Of a stretch of DNA of 64,000 bases, positions 58,701 through 64,000 are shown piece after piece (within the stretch, counting starts at the first letter, position 1; each line of letters starts with the position of its first letter). The DNA is from Blastocladiella emersonii ATCC 22665 (Eukaryota; Fungi; Blastocladiomycota), in assembly GCA_025594325.1 (NCBI GenBank), contig JANHCV010000007.1, positions 1,302,001 through 1,366,000 on the forward strand, read 5' to 3'. Made by a program: the position numbers and the translations under genes. The notes under the pieces are model-generated. The model was not told the origin of the DNA, did not search any database, and worked only from the letters and a program-made list of their open reading frames with translations.

Positions 58701-60621
58701 CGGCGTCTACTACCCGCCCGCCTCGGCCGTCAAGTTTGTGCCCTTCGCGGCCGAGAAGAAGACGGCGGCGCAGCGGCGTAACAGTTCGGCGGCGGCCGCC
58801 GCGGCGGCGGCTGCTGCGAGCGCCGCGGGGTCTGCGTCGTCGACGCCCACGGCGGGTAACTCGGCGGCCAACTCGGCGGCTGCGTCGCCCGTCGGCACGC
58901 TCCTGCAGGGCCCGGCCGGGCCCATGGGCTCGATGCTGATTCACCCGGCGCACCACCTCCCCGCGCACCAGCCGGCGGCCGTGATCCCGGCCGCGCAGCA
59001 GCTGCCACAGGGCATGCTCGTGGTCGACGTGACCGAGGGCGCCGTGTGGACCATCGTCAACACGGACCGCCAGGAATACTCGTTCTACGTGCCGAACCCG
59101 ATGCTCCTCGCGCCGCGGCCGCCGCACCTACCGCCGCACCCGCAGGCCAACGGCAACGACGTGCTGCAGTGGCTCCTGAGCCAGCCGCCCGCCACGCCGC
59201 TCCCCGCCGTGTCGCCGATCCCCGTCATCGAGTCGTACAGCATCACGGCGTCGCCGCACCAGGTCGCGCCCGGGATCGCCGAGGGCTCGTCGCCGGCGGT
59301 CCCGCCGCACGTCGCGTCGGCCGCCAACGCCATGCAGCAGACGGTCATCAAGCTCAACGGCGCCCACTTTCTCCGCCAGATGCCCATGTTCGTGTACCTG
59401 TGCGACATCAAGTGCGCCGTCGAGTGGCGGTCCGACTCGCAGGCCATTGTCACGCTCCCGCCCGACCGCGTCATCCTGCAGCGCCTGTTCAACGCGGCGG
59501 TCGGCCCGCGGTCCGCGTCGTCGACGCCGCTCGTCGAGGGGAGCGGCAGCGGGAGTAGTGGGAGCGGGAACAGCGGCGAGAACGCCCTCCCGCGCGACGC
59601 GTCGCTCGCGACCAAGTACTCGGCGTTCATCGTCACCCCCGAGACGCTCCGCAGCCGCGTCCAGGACGAGCGCCTCGAGCTGCTCGTGACCGGCCAGGGC
59701 ATGTGGCTCCCGAGTCTCGGCGGCGCAGCGGCCACGGCCGCGGCGGCAGCGGCTGGCGCGCTCGGCGGGCCGAGCAACCAGCAGGTCAACATCACGGGCG
59801 CCGCGCGCGCCGCGATCCCGCTCACGACCGTGTCCGAGAAGATCATCGGGCTCTCGCTCGGGGTCCCGCCGCCGCCCCCGCTGCCGCCCATGATGCAGCG
59901 CCCCGCGAACGCGGCGGTCCCAACTCAGCAGCAGCAGCACCCGCCGTCGCACCTCGCCATGATGCACGGCAGTAGCGGTGGCCCGGGTTCCGCCGCGGCC
60001 GCAGCCGCAGCGATGATGTACCAGCACCACCCGGGGCTCGCGCACCCGCACCAGTCGATGCTCGAGGCCATGGGCACCGCGAACCCGGCGTCCCTGACGT
60101 CGGCGGCGGTCGGCTCGCCCGCGTACGCGCTCGCCCAGCCCGGGTTCCTCGAGGAGCCGCGCGGCGGCAGCAGCGAGCCGTCGCCCTCTGCGCCCGTGGC
60201 CCCGGCGGCCGAGGGCCGGTCGACTCCGGCGGCTGCGTCTGCGACGGGCGAGAGCCGGCGGACCGGCCCGACGACGCGTCGGCGCAAGCAGTCGCTCGCG
60301 TCAGGATCCGCCAGCAGTTCCGCCGCGTCGACGCCCGGTGTCTCGCAGCACGCGCACCCACCGGCACAGCAACAGCCACAGGCCGGCGCGCAACCACCGT
60401 CGGCCGCAACGGGCACCGTGACGTACTCGTCCATGTCGCTGCTGACGGGTGGGACGCTCCCGCTGGGCGCCGTGTCGGTCGACATGGTCAAGACGCCGAG
60501 CCTGGTGCTCCCGCTGTACTTTGTGCGGGCCGACGGCGTCGTGTACGACACGGGGCGCAGCTTCCTGTTCCGGCTCGACGAGCGCGTGCTCGGGACCGGG
60601 AACGTGGTCGTCATGGAGTAG
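52786..60621 (+). CDS. CSL: CSL (CBF1/RBP-Jk/Su(H)/LAG-1) family transcription factor, about 2,611 aa in one exon
   Basis: LAG1 domain PKVAQKSYGSEKRFLCPPP, FKNMWVSDS, FLSKPIRVISKPSKKK. Beta-trefoil IHSGTTICLFNRIRSQTVSTKYL, ILYYNQTVVLVD, SQLHKVAFQL, WTIVNTD. C-terminal LPLYFVRADGVVY. Confidence 0.92.
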   Translation: MSGAPPASSAASAAPAVAAAPVAPPPLSGPSASGSSRKRTRTHEGMQLRLDAHPHAHGGSVAAAFAPHVANSFRSVALADPALLSPTTVIHPLGPAGDGTGPALGHPDHLASALPSLLCDSLHLDSPISTLSPPVGLRPADAAAQLPLEQTHHQCAEQHHLAAAAAAAAAAAAAQIKPADRARIQQQHDDAASLLNRSGSPQTVTPRRTPPNGPAEAMPSSLSHSLPAAAHHPLPVRLSQEDLTPPGSAPSSDMAAAVAAATAAGLYSPTSAPSQPNQQPQPQPWFDFLLEENILDADDTDRSVSGTPASATGARPRWTRRPSEATTTVPYPAVTSAATSMAALAAHQHLAQNDARADAAAAAARSAATIMGPPKAAPASADPYAAAAAAAAAAGLPEHLVELAEYKSPNPTLKKKPRSLAVSLDLAGAVPPPPAMHRAATLPAELPLGMVVSAGGASDVAAYRAHHHHHHHAGFLGNPASFLTPEASPFRQGGDANPFLFDVSLINPSPASSPYVFQARRVDSAMLHMGVTTATSAAAAQTYNTPPHTVIPGGQYHHHQQQQQHAYQQQQHENGNGGSAEPMDQDAQQQSQHAQQQHNGGGGADQGGYDAEQYQHHHQHQQQQQQQRRSSVYSNGGAEHGYAQQQQQQQYQQQYDNQARQSSQQTEESFAAALSEYHNQVAAAAAAAAAAASAHAGSDSHNAPRTASPASSSGSSMHVMSSGPEPTAATTLASSSGVSPTGSFATEQQQQQQQQPLLLFGGRSNLPTSSSAAGSFAGTASSLVQSPASSSSLLAAQQQQHHYHQHHHAALHHHAAAMGLEPMSPNTASVVAAADALMGLLPASMTVGYTDTLAGGVGGPLHLGGPGAAGFFVDLTADLHAMYQPAHGHAGHTHAASALPLPPPPPAVSASALPPPPPAPAASQSYSGDVHDGRRGSVHHQHHPHHHDAGYWAQQSSSGPATSQSYAANDHQSSASALGLVMRHASVSPQNLSLTPPLVYAPGNPNGGGSVGSPVHEFFDAAAAAAALHERAQFEHHAQHAHHHHHHQQPHPLSQVSDAHDLAYTADRGLMAAAAAAAAAAAAASVPAAAASGTPTSSASSLSEPAGTSPMIEDAATFSNGNGSATTSAPAPAPTSTSTAVTAPRRQRRQQQQQQQQPQPAPAPPVPTLFRFPNPASAHTPAAPAILTDAQLQLVLDAMLTSCHAQGPCHPLGCWHMYVRGFAASQGVLPKDAETEPERWLGRWGMTKVSVYTPKVAQKSYGSEKRFLCPPPMISVVGNPLLAATALANPLALPPSPDPRVPGWVAVTPEHGLPVISMAMQGETTHSDGAAITVAPAAPAAAASAAGDVDSEDGTVAERAVSAVRGERIHLSENGWRAAGTHASSASAFGSTDAASSSTSSRSRRARTVSMSSASSGRSVSANPSAAAAASAAAGVPALATDEPEPTLHVDKFCAENACGELPAERWSFKNMWVSDSERKKSFNCSFRIAPPPAATADAGEAAAAAIPPVLAEFLSKPIRVISKPSKKKVTTANSTLVQPAAVAGAIHSGTTICLFNRIRSQTVSTKYLTIGSSMPVPASVLPADMAQASESGKPPRGGGTSSLDQARIAANGNVVRHVFPGATTSEQVKFLSSTAAWTSFLIEVIDEFERTSAYVDLPRYDCRCGSCNASRQYHEAVTAALAAEAAAQSAGNAATALTRPHMPPPSQCPSRGRILYYNQTVVLVDPVTGLRSRPLTMRKMDRTTMAVLGEGTLVPQPVASQHLDPATAAAAVAASAAATAAAVARARFPLGAAAASQQFTPGQRLRPLPNHPWVLHCNTQAGLRAAQDPQAAYVASQTASLIHGTSSVGSHHHHHHQQHAAHPHAHAHPHHLQAAAAAAAAVQHLQQQQQQQQHAAAAALASSALASAGYGSSPANAPSAPLTGSAGQPTSSAAPTMAKQDAMSQLHKVAFQLADSDEYPGAFVALIDNHVGVYYPPASAVKFVPFAAEKKTAAQRRNSSAAAAAAAAAASAAGSASSTPTAGNSAANSAAASPVGTLLQGPAGPMGSMLIHPAHHLPAHQPAAVIPAAQQLPQGMLVVDVTEGAVWTIVNTDRQEYSFYVPNPMLLAPRPPHLPPHPQANGNDVLQWLLSQPPATPLPAVSPIPVIESYSITASPHQVAPGIAEGSSPAVPPHVASAANAMQQTVIKLNGAHFLRQMPMFVYLCDIKCAVEWRSDSQAIVTLPPDRVILQRLFNAAVGPRSASSTPLVEGSGSGSSGSGNSGENALPRDASLATKYSAFIVTPETLRSRVQDERLELLVTGQGMWLPSLGGAAATAAAAAAGALGGPSNQQVNITGAARAAIPLTTVSEKIIGLSLGVPPPPPLPPMMQRPANAAVPTQQQQHPPSHLAMMHGSSGGPGSAAAAAAAMMYQHHPGLAHPHQSMLEAMGTANPASLTSAAVGSPAYALAQPGFLEEPRGGSSEPSPSAPVAPAAEGRSTPAAASATGESRRTGPTTRRRKQSLASGSASSSAASTPGVSQHAHPPAQQQPQAGAQPPSAATGTVTYSSMSLLTGGTLPLGAVSVDMVKTPSLVLPLYFVRADGVVYDTGRSFLFRLDERVLGTGNVVVME

Positions 60622-60950
60622 TAGTAGAGTGCTCCTCGTTTTTGAAAAATCCTCCCCCTTCTTGTATTGTTCGTGTGCCTTCCCATTCTGTCTCTTCGTC
60701 CAAACGCCGTTTTGTTGTGTATTTTCCCCTCTCTGATCGATCTCACTTGTACATGGCTGTTCCTTCATCGGCTCGGCGGGTCGCTCCGGGTGATGCGTGA
60801 GACAATCTCGCGTTGATTTATCACGTGCCAATGTGAGACACGATGCGAGACCAAACGGAGCCGGCCGCCGTCCACCTCTTCTCCCGCCTCGATCATCGTC
60901 CCCGCATCGCATCAGGACCACGCAACCCCATGCAACGGAGTACTGCTACT

Positions 60951-61601
60951 ATGCTGCGCTCGGCCCCGCGGAGGCTGCTCGCTACGGCCAACACTTCCCC
61001 GGCGCTGCCCCCGCCGCAGTCCCTGACGCTGGCGCTGCTGAAACCGGACCTGTTCGCGGATCCGTCGGCGGTCGCCGAGGTCAAGTCACGGATCGCCGCC
61101 GCGGGATTGCGGGTTCAGCACTCGCAGCGCGTGACGTGGACGCGCGACGACGCGGGCGACTTTTACGCCGAGCACCGTGGCCGCTTCTTCTACGAGCGGC
61201 TCGTCGGGTACATGACGTCCGGCCCGTTCCTCGCCATGGCGCTCGAGCATGAGGCGAAAGGCGACGTGATCAAGGCGTGGCGCGGGTTGATTGGGCCGAC
61301 GCACCCGGTTCGGTACGGTTGGTGGTGGGAGAGGGTGAGAGGGGGGTTGGACTGACGATGGTGAGAGCGCTTAGGGCCCAGGTCAGTCACCCGGACTCGC
61401 TCCGCGGCCGGTACGGGCTCACGGACACGCGCAACTCGTTCCACGGGTCGGGTACGGCCTCTCGGTTCGCGTCTCTGAGCGTTCCTCACACTGACTGACC
61501 TGTTGGTAGACTCGATTGCGACGGCGGCGCGCGAGCTCGAGTTCTTCTTCCCCGACCACTCGCTCATCCGAGCCCACCTCGCGCGTATCACCAAGGAGTA
61601 G
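60951..61601 (+). CDS. NME6: Nucleoside diphosphate kinase, NME6-like, with probable mitochondrial presequence; 2 introns (start may be 60930)
   Basis: LTLALLKPDL, FYAEHRGRFFYERLVGYMTSGP, WRGLIGPTHP, SLRGRYGLTDTRNSFHGS-DS...RELEFFFP. Confidence 0.85.
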
Positions 61602-61946
61602 GCAGCCCTCAATAGAACCTCAATCCTGTAGTGTTGAAGCCTTGCCGACCAGTCGAGAACACTAGCGACTCGTGGTCGACGCGTACGCGTCGGAGGAAGA
61701 TCGCTCCGGCGCGCACACGCAAACGGTGAGCGACCTTCTTTCTCCACTCGCGTTTCCGCGTTGGCCGACCACCGGAACGCGGTGCGCCACGCAGAACGGG
61801 GAGCAGCACTTGCCCGCCTTGCTCGCATCGCTCGCCGTTCTCGCGCTGGTTGGCCGGACCAGGGTATAAAACCCGCCCGCTCCCCCCGCGCGCCCTCTTG
61901 CTTTGAGCTTAAGCCTGAGCTTTGAGCGTATCGCACCGAAACCACC

Positions 61947-64000
61947 ATGTCCGACAGCGACGACGATTCCCACGGCCCGTGGAGCCCGTGGAGCCAACGC
62001 GGCTACTACCGCGGCGGGCCGGGCCAGTACACATCCGGCCCGCTGCCCGCCGACCGCACCGCCGACGACGACGAGCAGATTTTCACGCACCGCCCGTATG
62101 GCCGCGGCGCCGACGTCGACGTGGCCGCTGCTGCCGCCGCGGACCAGCGCAAGTTCCCCTTCTTCGGCACCCACAAGCCCGACACCACCACCACGACGCC
62201 CGTCGACCTGACGGGCCCGGCGTGCGGCGACCGCTTCTACGGGCCGTACCTCAAGTTCCTCGGCACCGACCTCGCGACCGGCCGCTGCCGCTACTCGGTG
62301 CTCGTTGTCGCCAAGCCGGGCGTCACCGAGTCGCCCGCGATCCGCATCATGACGTCGGCGCAGGACGCGATCCCGGAGGTCGCCGGCCCGGCCACCCTGC
62401 TCGACGCGTTCGCCGACCACCGGTTCTGGCGCATGGACGTGGCCGTGCCCATGCCGACCACCGGCAACGGGCTCGCGTCGGCCGAGATGCGCTACTCGAT
62501 CCCGGGCACGCGCCGCCCCGAGTCGGAGCCTTACACGTTCGCGGTGCCCGGCCGCAACGCGCAGTGGAACTGGGCATTCACGTCGTGCAACGGCTTCTCG
62601 TCCGACGTCAACCCCGACGTCGAGCGCGAGTACGCTGGGATCGCGCCGCTGTGGCGCGACGTCCTGCGCAAGCACGCCCAGGTCAAGTACCACGCCATGC
62701 TCGGCGGCGGCGACCAGGTCCGTTTCTCGCTCGTTTTTCGATCCCAAACCGAGCATACACTAACCCGACGCCACGACGCGACGCAAACAGGTGTACATGG
62801 ACGGCGTGTGGGACCTGCCCGAGCTGCAGCCGTGGCTCGCGCTCAAGCAAAAGGACGCCAAGGCAACGGCGGCCTTCTCGCGCGGCATGAACGACGCGGT
62901 CCACGGCTTCTACTTTGCCCAGTACCTGCGCCACTTTGCCAAGGACGGCTTCGCCGACGCGCTCGCCTCGATCCCGTCCATGTTCGTCTGGGACGACCAC
63001 GACATTTTCGACGGCTACGGGTCGTACCCGGGGTACCTGCAGGCGTCGCCCGTGTTCCGCGGCATGTTCTTTGCCGCGCAGCGCTTCTACCTGCTGTTCC
63101 AGCACCACACGACGCTCGCCCTCGCCCGCGCCGACGGGTACCTCGGCGTGGAACGCGGCGGCCACTCCGCGGTCCTTCAGATGGGCCCGCACAACGCGGC
63201 GGTGCTCATCGACACGCGCACCGAGCGGTCCGTCGCCACGCTGCTGTCGGGCGGGTCGTGGTCGCTGATCGAGGACGCCCTGCGCACGCAGCTCGCGCCG
63301 ACGACGCGCCACCTGTTCGTATGCGCCACGGTCCCCATGGTGTACCCGCGCCTGCACGCCGAGTCGGCCATCTCGGTCGCGGGCATCGCGGCCAACGCCG
63401 TCGGCCACGTCGCGGGCAAGATGCCGTGGTTCTCGTACCTCAAGAAGACGGGCGCGTTCAAGACCATCGTCAACTCGCTCGGCGAGCCCGAGCTGCTCGA
63501 CGACCTCAACGACCACTGGACGTCCGCCAACCACGTCGCCGAGCGTAATGCGGCGCTCGACATGCTCGGCCGCATCGCGCACGAGCGCGGCAACCTGCGC
63601 ATCACGCTCGTCTCGGGCGATGTGCACTGCGGCGGCGCGGGCCACATCTTCCCGTCGTCGGTGCCCGCGAACCACTGGCTCAACCACCCGGCGCACATGA
63701 CGCAGATCATCAGCTCGGCCATCGGCAACATCCCGCCGCCCGGCATCGTGATCCGCGCGCTGCACGCGGTCGCTAAGCCGCTCGCCGTCTCGGGGGGCGC
63801 CGACCACGACGCGGATGGGCTGACCGAGGCCATGCTCGCGCCGTTCGACGTGGACGCGGGCAAGCCGACGCACAAGCTGCCCGCCGACCAGCGCGCGCTC
63901 ATGGGCCGGCGCAACTGGTGCAGCGTCGAGCCGCGCGGCGCCATGGCGGGGTCCGTCACGTTCGAGCTGCGCGTCGAGGTCAACAAGGGCCAGCGCGACG
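61947..64000 (+). CDS. PhoD-like metallophosphatase (fungal type), truncated by the window end; intron about 62719-62790
   Basis: AFTSCNGFS, MLGGGDQ-VYMD, WDDHDIFDGYGSYP, LIDTRTER, LLDDLNDHW, LVSGDVHC, ISSAIGN. Confidence 0.85.

Noticed and set aside
52819-59127. Very long antisense and alternate-frame ORFs over CSL (also over CHS 33526-35478, SSUH2 25580-27040 and ARMC8 30289-31785)
   Set aside because: These are shadow ORFs expected from extreme GC3 bias. They have no motifs and are dominated by R/G/V/L.
1-64000. rRNA, tRNA or other structured RNA genes
   Set aside because: I recognised no conserved rRNA segments or tRNA cloverleaf/box A-B patterns by eye. A tRNAscan-SE/Infernal run would be needed to exclude them formally.

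Overview
GC-rich eukaryotic genomic DNA with short spliceosomal introns (mostly ~55-70 nt; GTRCGY donors, CTGAC/CTAAC branch sites, YAG acceptors). It carries flagellar genes (SPAG16/PF20, SPATA4-like) alongside a chitin synthase, a CSL factor and a TmcB-like gene. Together these point to a zoosporic fungus, most likely Blastocladiomycota (inference; species not determinable). About 20 protein-coding genes are supported: CHD1 3' end, a coiled-coil protein, a small TM protein, a C2H2 factor, TmcB-like, SH3x2, F-box-like, SSUH2-like, ARMC8, chitin synthase, PL3 pectate lyase, two paralogous atypical zinc-finger genes, an AEP/pseudokinase gene, an LRR protein, SPATA4-like, SPAG16, a giant CSL, NME6-like NDK and a PhoD-like phosphatase. 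Two features stand out. (1) A complete 7,336-bp AcademH-type DNA transposon at 14169-21504, with perfect 17-bp TIRs starting TAG, a perfect 9-bp TSD (AGTTGCAGC), a RecQ-like helicase and a convergent DUF6589-type transposase. (2) A spliced gene at 42371-44931 (-) fusing a giant-virus-type archaeo-eukaryotic primase/polymerase domain, with catalytic motifs intact, to a degenerate protein-kinase-like domain; it sits next to two novel tandem zinc-finger paralogues and a 3x44-bp repeat. Several disrupted genes or pseudogenes are also visible. All family assignments come from motif recognition by eye; no database searches were run.
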